In this document: positions 18,701 to 27,624 of the stretch, in pieces | How positions within the stretch are numbered: position 1 is the stretch's first letter | Layout: the number at the start of each line of letters is the position of its first letter | IMG/VR virus record: IMGVR_UViG_3300035670_000132 | Span: 1-64,000 of that record | Origin: a virus | DNA: 64,000 nucleotides | Strand: one strand, 5' to 3' | The notes under the pieces: generated by a model | Seen by the model: only the letters and a program-made list of their open reading frames with translations | Told to the model about the DNA's origin: nothing | Databases searched by the model: none | Position numbers and translations under genes: made by a program

Positions 18701-20448
18701 CAGACACATCAACTCAAGCGTCAGTAAACAACTCTAATGGAAATGTAATTCAAGACATCACACTTGATGGATTTGGTCACATTACTGCACTGGCTTCTGT
18801 TGACTTAGATGCAAGATATCTTTCATTCAAGACGTTAGAGGTCACAGACACAAATTCTGGCTATGCTTGGTCAAGCACAGGAAACGTTGTTGCTGATCTA
18901 TATGATGACAGACTTGTATTTGTTGATGGCGATGGCGTTGATATCTCAGCAGACGCGACTAATGATGCTATATTGATTCAGCACACAGATACATCAACGT
19001 TGAATGGTGCACAAGGCGGAAATGGTATTGCATCTATCACTGTTGACGGATTTGGTCACGTAACTGCCGTAGGAACAGCAACTTACTTGACTTCACAGTC
19101 TAGTGACTTTGGCAACGTCAAGATCGACAATACAGACACAGAATACACTTGGGTAACAACTGACGGAACTACAGTAGCAGCAGATACAACGGCTGACACG
19201 TTGACACTTGTAGCACGACAAACGGCTAGCGTTTCTGGTATTGTTCTTCACGCGAACACGGGTCTAGACGCAATCGCAATCTCACACGGAGACACTTCTA
19301 CTCTCACTGGCGCACAAGGCAGTGCTGGAATAGCATCTATCACCGTTGATGGAATGGGTCACGTAACAGCAGTTTCAACTGCAACTTACTTGACTTCACA
19401 GTCAACAGATTTCAAGACAATCACTGTCTCGGACACAAACTCAGGCTACACTTGGACAACTACTGGAAGCGCAGTCGCAGAAGCTGTCGGAGACACTCTA
19501 ACTATCGTTGACGGCGACGGTGTTGACATTTCTGTTGATGCAACTAATGACGCAATTCTGATTCAGCATACAGACACATCAACTCAAGCGTCAGTAAACA
19601 ACTCCAACGGAACTGTAATTCAAGACATCACGCTTGATGGATTTGGTCACATTACTGCACTGGCTTCTGTTGATTTAGACGCAAGATATCTCGCATTCAG
19701 AACAATTGAAGTCACAGACACCAACTCAGGCTACACTTGGTCAACCACTGGAAGTGCAGTCGCTGATGCATATAATGATACACTAAAGATAGTTGATGGC
19801 GACGGTGTTGATATCTCAGCAGACGCAACTAATGATTCAATTCTGATTCAGCACACTGACACATCGACACTAAACGGAGCGCAAGGCGGAAATGGTATTG
19901 CATCTATCACTGTTGACGGTTTTGGCCATGTAACAGCAGTTTCAACTGCAACTTATTTGACTGCTGAAGCAGACACACTACAGACTGTCACTAATAGAGG
20001 CGCAACGACAACTGTTGCAGTTTCAATCACAAATACAACTGCATCAACTTCAACAACAACTGGTGCGCTAAAAGTTTCTGGTGGTGTTGGTATTGCTGGC
20101 GCACTAAACGCGACAAGCAAATCATTCATTATTGATCACCCAACTAAGCCAGGAATGCTATTGCGTTACGGCTCTCTAGAAGGTCCAGAGCTAGGTGTCT
20201 ACGTTCGCGGCAAGTCTAAAGAATCTGTGATCAAACTTCCTGACTACTGGACTGATCTAGTTCACGAAGACACAATCACTGTGAATCTAACTCCAATCGG
20301 ATCGCATCAGCAACTCTTCGTATCTAAAGTAGAAAACAACGAAGTTCATGTTGAGTCTTCTTCTAGAGAAATGAACTATTTTTACACAATCTTTGCTGAG
20401 CGTAAAGACGTTGACAAGCTAGTTGTAGAGTATGCTGACGAGGAGTGA
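15784..20448 (+). CDS. long repetitive tail fibre protein
   Basis: Thr/Ser/Gly/Asn-rich 1554 aa with repeats (TLVLRDA.G.F, NLNAD..DG, D.FGHVT) and a C-terminal KSF.IDHP...LEGPE.GVY.RG domain typical of phage fibres. Confidence 0.85.
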   Translation: MPIINVELANTFNEFRNTTNEVIARVNEFESGIATANINLVNANTIVTNSEVQSNVFTTSANTHSLTLSTNSGANTGYILIEPNDNGNVVIVANGTGTLFLDTSTVVAGNSFIDTTITSNGAQDLILSTNTGTNSGFIRIYDGANGNVVVETNGTGDVQLNADTLRVGDLNSDSTITTRGTGDIIINTNEGTNTGFIRIYDGADGHIVVEPNGAGDVQLNTDTVRIGSSNEDVVVTTNGTGDITISTNSGTNSGTIKIFDGASGNVDVTPSGTGRTNVKNVTTGNQIISTVATGTAPLSVASTTAVTNLNADKVDGIDVATPSAAGGIVYASTTSELSTSAAGTAGQAVISGGTGAPTFQSVSTSNGASTIVARDANGDFASRNVTVSNIIGNGSQLTNLNGSNVATGTVPNARTTGSSANGASTLVLRDATGSFAANVVTATTIAASGFAGDGSGLNSLNASNIATGTIENARTTASSSNGASTLVLRDATGSFAANVVSAVNVATTEFSTTNASATNLTATNISGSGAGITSLNGSNIASGTVPNARTTGTAANSPNTLVLRDSAGSFNANVGAFNTVTGVGSGLTSLNASSITLGTISNDKTTANTQNSSSTIVLRDANGSFSANVITSQYISANGALLSSLNASSISFGTIPNSVTTANTSNSASTIVLRDTNGDFSSRRITSTIASGTSPFVVTSTTVVSNLNADKVDGKDVGTLSAAGGIVYASSTTALAGTAAGTAGQAVISGGASAPTFQTVASANGASTIVARDADGSFSANVGNFNVLTISTGIGGDGSALSNLNAANITIGTIENTRTTGSSSNGANTLVLRDANGDFSARRITSTIASGTSPFVVTSTTAVTNLNADLLDGQHGSYYLDWTNTTNKPDPVVTVTLTGDVAGSANTTLTDLASGTISIATTIQANSVALGTDTTGNYVATIAAATPGSQSGTSGLTISATAGEGTAATIAHADTSTQASVNNSNGNVIQDITLDGFGHITALASVDLDARYLSFKTLEVTDTNSGYAWSSTGNVVADLYDDRLVFVDGDGVDISADATNDAILIQHTDTSTLNGAQGGNGIASITVDGFGHVTAVGTATYLTSQSSDFGNVKIDNTDTEYTWVTTDGTTVAADTTADTLTLVARQTASVSGIVLHANTGLDAIAISHGDTSTLTGAQGSAGIASITVDGMGHVTAVSTATYLTSQSTDFKTITVSDTNSGYTWTTTGSAVAEAVGDTLTIVDGDGVDISVDATNDAILIQHTDTSTQASVNNSNGTVIQDITLDGFGHITALASVDLDARYLAFRTIEVTDTNSGYTWSTTGSAVADAYNDTLKIVDGDGVDISADATNDSILIQHTDTSTLNGAQGGNGIASITVDGFGHVTAVSTATYLTAEADTLQTVTNRGATTTVAVSITNTTASTSTTTGALKVSGGVGIAGALNATSKSFIIDHPTKPGMLLRYGSLEGPELGVYVRGKSKESVIKLPDYWTDLVHEDTITVNLTPIGSHQQLFVSKVENNEVHVESSSREMNYFYTIFAERKDVDKLVVEYADEE
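18701..19962 (+). repeat. about 390-bp imperfect direct repeat (approx. 18701-19092 and 19571-19962) within the tail fibre gene
   Basis: cagacacatcaactcaagcgtcagtaaacaactc...gcaagatatct is near-identical at 18701 and 19571; similarity continues at the same 870-bp offset. Confidence 0.85.
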
Positions 20449-20451
20449 TGC

Positions 20452-21825
20452 GTGGGCATTTATTATAATGCCCAGTCGATAACGTCTGGGCTTGTATCTT
20501 ACGTAGACGCTGGTAACTACAAGTCCGTAAAGGGAAGACGAAATATTCTTAGCTGGGATAGCTGGACTGCTGGCTCTGGCAGCGCAACTGGCTACTCTCA
20601 GAACGGACTGACTACTGAAAATACTAGACTAGCAGACACTGATCCTTGGGGTCAAACAAATATAGTTTGGGGATCTTATCCTTCAGGCGACGGAAATGCT
20701 GACGGTGGATGGAACACTTCTTGGTATAACATTGACCGAGAAAAACTCTACAGATTCAGCGTCTGGGTAAGAAGAACTAGCAGTACAACTGGCGGCACTT
20801 TTTATCTTGGCATGTATGATAACGTTGGCTCTGTCGTCATGAGCACTGGCTCAGTCAATACAAACGCATATTGGGACTGTAGAAACATCTCCTGGATGAC
20901 TCAGAATCAATGGTATCTTGTCGTTGGTCATGTATATCCTCACACAACAACTTACACGGGAAGACATCCAGACACAGGCGTATATACTGTTGATGGCGGA
21001 AGATTCGGCGATATTGGCGGATGCAATATCGGCAGTGGAGATATAAAATGGAATCCAGCCGCAACTCAAACTATACATAGAACTTATCACTACTATTGCG
21101 GCGACAGCACTAGCAGATTGCAATTCTATCAACCTAGAATTGATTTGTGTGACGGAACTGAACCAACAATAGATGATCTTCTAGACAATATTGGATCTAA
21201 AGCACTTGATATTGTCAGATCAAATAAACATTATCAATTTTATAATGCGCCTAAAGTCAACGCTAGCGGATACTTTGAATTTGATGGCTCTACTACATAC
21301 GTCAACAGCATATACGAAGACACTGATCTAGACGGAGATCCCATATTCACTGTAGACATGTGGATCAAAAGAACTGCATCGTTCAGTAGCGCTGGTTATT
21401 GGGGACTTGCAGGAGACGTTGCTCTTCAAGGAATAAATGGATATACACATCCAACAACCGCAAATAAAATATCCATTGATCTTTGGGGAACTGCAACTTT
21501 CCACACGAACGTTGACTATCCACTAAATCAATGGGTGCACGTTGTCTGGAGAAAAAAGTCATCTAATTTCAACGTGAATTCAGTCTCAATCTTTATCAAT
21601 GGCGTAGAGTATACCGGCGCAGGTCTTACTGTAGTCAGAGGAAGTGATCACACGCCAAACTTGACGACATCGACAAAGGGAATAACTTTAGGCAGATTAT
21701 CTCCTTCTTCAAACAGCTACTATGCTCCAGGTCATGTAGCTAATGCAAAGTTCTATGCTCGATCTTTGTCAGATGTTGAGATTTTGCAAAACTTCAGCGC
21801 ACAACGCGGCAGATTTGGAGTCTAA
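20452..21825 (+). CDS. LamG/concanavalin A-like lectin protein, paralog 1
   Basis: GTG start; GL..YVDAGN.KS N-terminus; FEFDG, W.HVV and FY.R.LS..EILQNF.AQRGRFGV C-terminus. Confidence 0.8.
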   Translation: MGIYYNAQSITSGLVSYVDAGNYKSVKGRRNILSWDSWTAGSGSATGYSQNGLTTENTRLADTDPWGQTNIVWGSYPSGDGNADGGWNTSWYNIDREKLYRFSVWVRRTSSTTGGTFYLGMYDNVGSVVMSTGSVNTNAYWDCRNISWMTQNQWYLVVGHVYPHTTTYTGRHPDTGVYTVDGGRFGDIGGCNIGSGDIKWNPAATQTIHRTYHYYCGDSTSRLQFYQPRIDLCDGTEPTIDDLLDNIGSKALDIVRSNKHYQFYNAPKVNASGYFEFDGSTTYVNSIYEDTDLDGDPIFTVDMWIKRTASFSSAGYWGLAGDVALQGINGYTHPTTANKISIDLWGTATFHTNVDYPLNQWVHVVWRKKSSNFNVNSVSIFINGVEYTGAGLTVVRGSDHTPNLTTSTKGITLGRLSPSSNSYYAPGHVANAKFYARSLSDVEILQNFSAQRGRFGV

Positions 21826-21831
21826 CGCATC

Positions 21832-23013
21832 ATGAGTGTTCTCCATTCGCCAAGTCTAGTATTGAACGATCTCGTGTTGTATTATGACAAATACAACATT
21901 GCGAATTCTTGGATAGGCAGACCAACGACGAATTTGTTGTCGTCAACGCTAGCGACATTCTCATCAACCTCTGGATGGTTTACAGGAGACGTTCCTGGTC
22001 CAGTTTACAGAAGAATTTTAGTTGGTCAAGGATATCGTGGCAGAAACGCAGTAATGATCCAAAAAGGAACAGCAGCGTCTGGTGGATATTTTCAAGTTGA
22101 GACTACATTTCCTGAAGCTGTAGTTGGCGGAACGACATACACTGCACAGATAAAGTATAAAAGACAAGACTCAAGCACAGCATTTTTGATAGGCGATTGG
22201 GGTGGTCCTGATGGAAATAATGCCAATTGGACAACGATATACGATGGTCAACTTGACACAGAATGGAGACTTCGCGTTGTTCAAAGACTATACACAAACT
22301 CAGCGAGTGCTGGATTCACGTTTGGTGTAAACAGCACAACTGCTGGAAAATGGTTGATTTTCTCAGACTTTCAATTAGAAAATAGCACAGTCTCTTCTGC
22401 ATTCACAGTCGGCACAAGAAGCAATACTCAATCAATTTTAGATTTGACACAAAACAATTTGATCACTTCTAATGCATTGACTTACGCTACGCCGAATACG
22501 TTCAGTTTTAGTGGATCAAGTTATCTAAGTGTTCCATTCAACGCGACAAAATTCAATTTCAATAGTGAACAGACAATCATTATTTGGATGAAAAACGAAG
22601 CGTCTGTTGCTGCTAGAAGAAATCCATACAATCAAGCGTATGGTGGCGGTGGAACTATAACTCACGAGAGCAATACCAACTTGAACTATTATTATGGAAC
22701 AAATGGTGGAAATAGCACACCATATACAAGTCATGGATCTCCGTTCAGCGTAGTGGATGGCGAAACTGCTATGGTTGCAATAACTAGAGATCCAGCGAAC
22801 ACAAAGTGGTATAAGAACGGCGTTCTTTCTGGAACTCGTGCAAATCCTTACGGCGCATCTGTAGTTACTGGAACTAGTCCAATTCTAATAGGCACTGGAT
22901 ATACTACAGGATTTATAGGTAACTTAGATTCAGTCATGGTGTATACTCGCGCACTCAGTGAATATGAGATTCTTCAAACTTTTGCTGCAACAAGAAACAG
23001 ATACGGGCTATAA
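21832..23013 (+). CDS. LamG/concanavalin A-like lectin protein, paralog 2
   Basis: Same terminal framework (YTRALSEYEILQTFAATRNRYGL). Confidence 0.8.
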   Translation: MSVLHSPSLVLNDLVLYYDKYNIANSWIGRPTTNLLSSTLATFSSTSGWFTGDVPGPVYRRILVGQGYRGRNAVMIQKGTAASGGYFQVETTFPEAVVGGTTYTAQIKYKRQDSSTAFLIGDWGGPDGNNANWTTIYDGQLDTEWRLRVVQRLYTNSASAGFTFGVNSTTAGKWLIFSDFQLENSTVSSAFTVGTRSNTQSILDLTQNNLITSNALTYATPNTFSFSGSSYLSVPFNATKFNFNSEQTIIIWMKNEASVAARRNPYNQAYGGGGTITHESNTNLNYYYGTNGGNSTPYTSHGSPFSVVDGETAMVAITRDPANTKWYKNGVLSGTRANPYGASVVTGTSPILIGTGYTTGFIGNLDSVMVYTRALSEYEILQTFAATRNRYGL

Positions 23014-23015
23014 CC

Positions 23016-24167
23016 ATGGCAGTAAACTTCAATCCAGCAATAGTCACTAATGGTCTAACGTTTGCATTTGATATGGGTAACACCAAGAAGTCTTGGTTCG
23101 GCGCGCCTACAACAAATCTAGCTAAAAACAGTGACGAATCAATTGACTGGAGCATAGGAAATCTAATTGCATCAGTCTCTCGCAGCACAGTAACTGCTAA
23201 TGAAGTATACAGAATAACATCTACAACTGCTGGCGCATTTAGATTTTATTTCAACTTAGCTAAGTTAGTCAACGGGCAAACTTACATGTTGTCTTTCAAG
23301 TATAGATTCATTTCTCAAAATGCATCTCAGAGTTTTTACTTGACTGACTGGAACGACACATCAATCATCACGACAACTACTGACTTGGGAGACGGCGTAT
23401 TCTATCACACCGGCGTAGGTTCTCGCGCAACATATGACAGCACATATAGATTCATGGATGGCTACATTTCAGCTAGCACAATCGTAGAAATATGGGACTT
23501 TCAGTTAGAGCAATCTTCAATTGCAACTCCATACACTAAGTATCAGAGAACAAATACTCAGTCTATTGTTGATATGACTAGTAGCACAACAGTGACAGTT
23601 TCTGATTTGCTGTATCTGTCAGACAATACATTTGAGTTTGACGGTAATGCAAGATTGTATGGAACATTATCTAATTCTGCTGCTGAACTTGAATACTCTA
23701 GGTTAATTTGGATAACTCCAACAGTATCAAGCGGAGATATGAAAAGTGCATTTTTGAACAGTATAGGAAATAATAGCGATAAAGCGGTCGGAATAGAAAA
23801 TGGATACGCTGCGTTTCATCAATATACAAATTCGAACGGTGCTGGAACTACTGGCGATTATTCTGTTAGAGGTGCCACACCAATTTCTTTATATAATACT
23901 TACATGATATGCGCAACTGTAGATAGAAACGTAAGCGTAAATAATATCAAAGTGTATTTGAATGGTAATTTAGACGCAACCGCATCAAGATCGATTGGAG
24001 TATCAAATAGTGACAGTATAATAATTGGAGGTCCAGCGTCAGACTCTTATTCTGGATCTAGAATGTTCTACGGATCTATATACTGCGGATTTCACTACAA
24101 TAGAGTATTATCAGATTTGGAAGTAATGCAAAATTTCAGTGCCCTTAGAGCACGATTTGGAGTCTAA
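23016..24167 (+). CDS. LamG/concanavalin A-like lectin protein, paralog 3
   Basis: NPAIVTNGL..AFD.GN.KSW ... YNRVLSDLEVMQNFSALRARFGV. Confidence 0.8.
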   Translation: MAVNFNPAIVTNGLTFAFDMGNTKKSWFGAPTTNLAKNSDESIDWSIGNLIASVSRSTVTANEVYRITSTTAGAFRFYFNLAKLVNGQTYMLSFKYRFISQNASQSFYLTDWNDTSIITTTTDLGDGVFYHTGVGSRATYDSTYRFMDGYISASTIVEIWDFQLEQSSIATPYTKYQRTNTQSIVDMTSSTTVTVSDLLYLSDNTFEFDGNARLYGTLSNSAAELEYSRLIWITPTVSSGDMKSAFLNSIGNNSDKAVGIENGYAAFHQYTNSNGAGTTGDYSVRGATPISLYNTYMICATVDRNVSVNNIKVYLNGNLDATASRSIGVSNSDSIIIGGPASDSYSGSRMFYGSIYCGFHYNRVLSDLEVMQNFSALRARFGV

Positions 24168-24171
24168 TCAT

Positions 24172-25359
24172 ATGTCAATAAATCATTCTCCTAAAATAGT
24201 AACTGATGAATTGCTGTTTTATTACGATCAAGAAAATACTCGCAGGTCGTGGTACGGAAAGCCAACTGAGAATCTGCTATCGCTAGCTGGATCAGATCCA
24301 TCAATTGAGAGGAGTGGAACTTCTTATCCTTATTACAGTGTCAATATAGATTCGTTCGTCAAAGCTCGTTGGTCTCCAACTAACAATAAACTATCAATGT
24401 CATTTGAAGGAAAGCGTGATTATGTTCAAGGAGGAACTGGCGGTGGTGGTGATGGATATCCAAGCATGTATATCTACTTCAGCGATTGGACCTGGTCTAG
24501 TTCATTTGGCACATCAAACTATGAATGGACACAAGCAACACAAAATAACATAACTATGCCAGATCCAACTGGCAAAACTGTATATTTTGCAATATATCAC
24601 ATGAACTCTGGAAATCCAGGAAGAAGTTATAGCAGAAATCATCAAGTTGAATTTGGAGAGTTTGCAACTCCATTCATCAACGGAACTAGAACTTCAACAA
24701 ACGCACTGCTAGATTTGACTGCACAGAATACGATCACAATGACGCAACTGACTTACACTTCAGATGGTAAGTTTTCTTTCGGTGGTCAAGGCGAAAATGA
24801 CGGCAGCCCAACTGGAGATTATATCACAATCCCAACTGCATTGACTAGCACTAGCCCATCAGTCAAGTCAAATGGATGCACGTACTCATGGTGGAGCAAA
24901 ATAACAGCAGCGCAGCCTTTTGGTCAGTGTATTCTCTTCGGCTCTGGCACTATTGCTCACGTTGAATTCAAGAATGAAGGCACTACAAGTCCATACTTCA
25001 GAACAGAAGCAGCGGTAGAGAATGGAAAGAGTTTTGGATCAGGCACAATCCCAGGCGGATCTCTTGTCGGCAGATGGGCTAACTTCACGATTGTGTTCGC
25101 GAACAATGAAGCTGGTCGACCAGTTCGCTGGTACCACAACGGCGAACTCTTTCACACAGGATCAATGACTGGAGGAACATCACCAGACACTGAGTATTTC
25201 TACTTCAGCAATATTGGTAGATCGACAGGAACAGCAGAATTTTTATACTCAAACAGTTTTTATGGAGAGATTCCAGTATTTCAAATATATAATAGATCAC
25301 TAACCGAACAAGAAGTGCTTCAGAACTTCAATGCACTGAGAGGAAGATTCTCACTATGA
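24172..25359 (+). CDS. LamG/concanavalin A-like lectin protein, paralog 4
   Basis: Start MSINHSPKIVTDEL aligns with the other paralogs; ends YNRSLTEQEVLQNFNALRGRFSL. Confidence 0.8.
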   Translation: MSINHSPKIVTDELLFYYDQENTRRSWYGKPTENLLSLAGSDPSIERSGTSYPYYSVNIDSFVKARWSPTNNKLSMSFEGKRDYVQGGTGGGGDGYPSMYIYFSDWTWSSSFGTSNYEWTQATQNNITMPDPTGKTVYFAIYHMNSGNPGRSYSRNHQVEFGEFATPFINGTRTSTNALLDLTAQNTITMTQLTYTSDGKFSFGGQGENDGSPTGDYITIPTALTSTSPSVKSNGCTYSWWSKITAAQPFGQCILFGSGTIAHVEFKNEGTTSPYFRTEAAVENGKSFGSGTIPGGSLVGRWANFTIVFANNEAGRPVRWYHNGELFHTGSMTGGTSPDTEYFYFSNIGRSTGTAEFLYSNSFYGEIPVFQIYNRSLTEQEVLQNFNALRGRFSL

Positions 25360-25952
25360 TTACAACTTTCAGATTTGATAATTCAGACTTCACTGAATAT
25401 GCCAACATGATTATGAATTTCAAGTCTCACTACACTGAGATGATGGCGACAGATTTGCAGAGAACTGGAACTAGTTTTCCGAAATCATTTCGCTGCGTGA
25501 ACCTGCTGAACATTGAAAGCTGTGGTCAGATGGCTCTATTTTTCACGAGACTCTTCACGCAGACTTACGTAGAACGTCACGGGCTTTTAGTGTCTCACGC
25601 AGCATATTACGGCAAACAAGGCTTTATTGACTGGCACACAAATGCAAACACTCCCTATTGGAACGCAGTTTGCACATTCAGCGCTAACGGTAATGGATTC
25701 TTTGAATATAAAGTTGACGATCAAGTTGTACATATGCAAGATCCAGTTGGCTGGTCAGTAAAGAAATCACGATGGGGTCAGCCTCCAGTCTGGCACAGAG
25801 CAGTATCAAACGACAGTGACAGAATAACTATCACATTCTCTTCAGAAGAAGAGAACAGAATAGACGCATTCTTATCTGGGCTAAACAATATTGATGTTGT
25901 CGTTGAAGAAGAATTGCATCCGTTCTTGAATCAAGCTCCACCAATAATGTAA
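25356..25952 (+). CDS. putative 2OG-Fe(II) oxygenase-like (double-stranded beta-helix) protein
   Basis: YY...GFIDWHTN ... VWHRA ... RITITF gives an HxN...H...R arrangement; ATGA-coupled to the upstream lectin gene. Confidence 0.55.
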   Translation: MITTFRFDNSDFTEYANMIMNFKSHYTEMMATDLQRTGTSFPKSFRCVNLLNIESCGQMALFFTRLFTQTYVERHGLLVSHAAYYGKQGFIDWHTNANTPYWNAVCTFSANGNGFFEYKVDDQVVHMQDPVGWSVKKSRWGQPPVWHRAVSNDSDRITITFSSEEENRIDAFLSGLNNIDVVVEEELHPFLNQAPPIM

Positions 25953-25959
25953 CAAAAAA

Positions 25960-27087
25960 ATGGGAATCTACTACAATCCTCGCCCAGTCAACGCTGGGTT
26001 GATTTTTGCGTATGATATGCAGAATACGATGAAATCGTGGAAAGGTATGCCCGTAACCAATGTCGTTACTAATTGGGATTTGGATCTTGGTTGGAGCAAA
26101 AGCTATTGCACTTCAATTCAGTGGAATGATTATGAGCCTCCAGCTGGAATATATTCTCCAGTCGTTTCTTTTATAGACGCAGATTCAAACGGAAATGGAT
26201 ACTGGTATTCATACGGAAATTATGCTCCACAAGATCCTAGCACAACATATTCAATATCAGTTTATGCGAGAACTGTCGGTGCACCTTGGTCAATTAGAGC
26301 ATATACAGCAGACAACGCAGAAGTTGGAAGACAATATACAGAATCAATAACTGTTCCAGGCGATGGATCTTGGTATAGGTTAGAATTTGTGCCTATAACT
26401 ACTCCGTCAAACACTCAATCAGATTCTCTTAGCTTTCAATTTACAGTAATTCCAGCGGGACAAAGATGTTGGCTTTGTGCGCCGCAGATGACTGCAACTG
26501 GATTTCATGTTCCATATGTTGCCGGCACTCGCTCAGCAACTCAAGCTATACTAGATTTCACTAATAATCGTACAATAACTGCTAGCGATTTGACATACAA
26601 TAATGACAATACATTCACATTTGATGGCACAAATGACGTCATACTCACAGATTTTCCTGCACAGACGCTACAGACATCAACACTAGAAGCTGTTGTATAT
26701 GACACTAAAAATAATGGAGCTTATCGCTCAATTATTCAAATAAATACTAACACAGATGATGCGTTGTATATCAATCCATCAAACAATTTGCAGTTCTGGC
26801 CAGCGACAGCATCTTCGCTTCAAGTTCCAGCAAATCAGTGGAACTATGTCTGCGCAGCATATAATGGATCATCAATTCTTTACTGCGTGAATGGTGAGTT
26901 TCAAGAAATTGCTGGAGCATCACTAGACTTCACAAACTATCAATTTCTGAGAATTGGTGGTCATAGCACAGGTGACGGCGAAAGATTCAAGGGGCAAATA
27001 CCTATAGCTAGAGTATATAACAGAGCATTGACAAGATCAGAAATGTTGCAAAATTATAGTGCATTTAGAGGAAGATTTGGCATATGA
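25960..27087 (+). CDS. LamG/concanavalin A-like lectin protein, paralog 5
   Basis: GL.FAYD..N..KSW.G.P.TN ... FTFDG.ND ... YNRALTRSEMLQNYSAFRGRFGI. Confidence 0.8.
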   Translation: MGIYYNPRPVNAGLIFAYDMQNTMKSWKGMPVTNVVTNWDLDLGWSKSYCTSIQWNDYEPPAGIYSPVVSFIDADSNGNGYWYSYGNYAPQDPSTTYSISVYARTVGAPWSIRAYTADNAEVGRQYTESITVPGDGSWYRLEFVPITTPSNTQSDSLSFQFTVIPAGQRCWLCAPQMTATGFHVPYVAGTRSATQAILDFTNNRTITASDLTYNNDNTFTFDGTNDVILTDFPAQTLQTSTLEAVVYDTKNNGAYRSIIQINTNTDDALYINPSNNLQFWPATASSLQVPANQWNYVCAAYNGSSILYCVNGEFQEIAGASLDFTNYQFLRIGGHSTGDGERFKGQIPIARVYNRALTRSEMLQNYSAFRGRFGI

Positions 27088-27611
27088 GTTTACAAATTGG
27101 ACCTAAGTGGAATATAACAGATGCTTTGAGATTCACACCAACTGGCAAGCATCCTCGACTTCATATCATGGCTGAATCTGGCTCATTTGAAGCTACTGAT
27201 CAAAACAGAAGCGTTCGTGTTCGTGCTAATGGCGTTGACTTGTTGAACAGTTCATCGCCCAGGTCGTATAGACTGACACAACTTCGCATCGTCAACGGCG
27301 ACTGGACTCTAGTCGCATCAAACGGCTACGATGTCTACGGAAGCACGGTAGATGCACAAGCTGCTGCTGATTTCATAGACACATTTCAAGTCGGCGACTT
27401 ACTCATCAGCAATACTTGGGACGAACCATACAACAATAGTGGATATTTTACAACAAAATTCAGAGACAACTTCTACTCAAACGTATTGTCATTCACTAGA
27501 GACTTTAGAGATATGCATATACTCATCGCCGTGAAGGGTAGAGGATTGATATACGAACAACATAGACGAAGATATTCAAATTCAATTCATTTTTCGGGTT
27601 GGATTTACTAA
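27084..27611 (+). CDS. ILEI/PANDER (GG-type lectin) domain protein
   Basis: YDVYG....A...ADFI.....GD.....TWDEP ... R...ILI..KG matches the GG/ILEI pattern. Confidence 0.65.
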   Translation: MSLQIGPKWNITDALRFTPTGKHPRLHIMAESGSFEATDQNRSVRVRANGVDLLNSSSPRSYRLTQLRIVNGDWTLVASNGYDVYGSTVDAQAAADFIDTFQVGDLLISNTWDEPYNNSGYFTTKFRDNFYSNVLSFTRDFRDMHILIAVKGRGLIYEQHRRRYSNSIHFSGWIY

Positions 27612-27624
27612 CAAGGGAACAATC

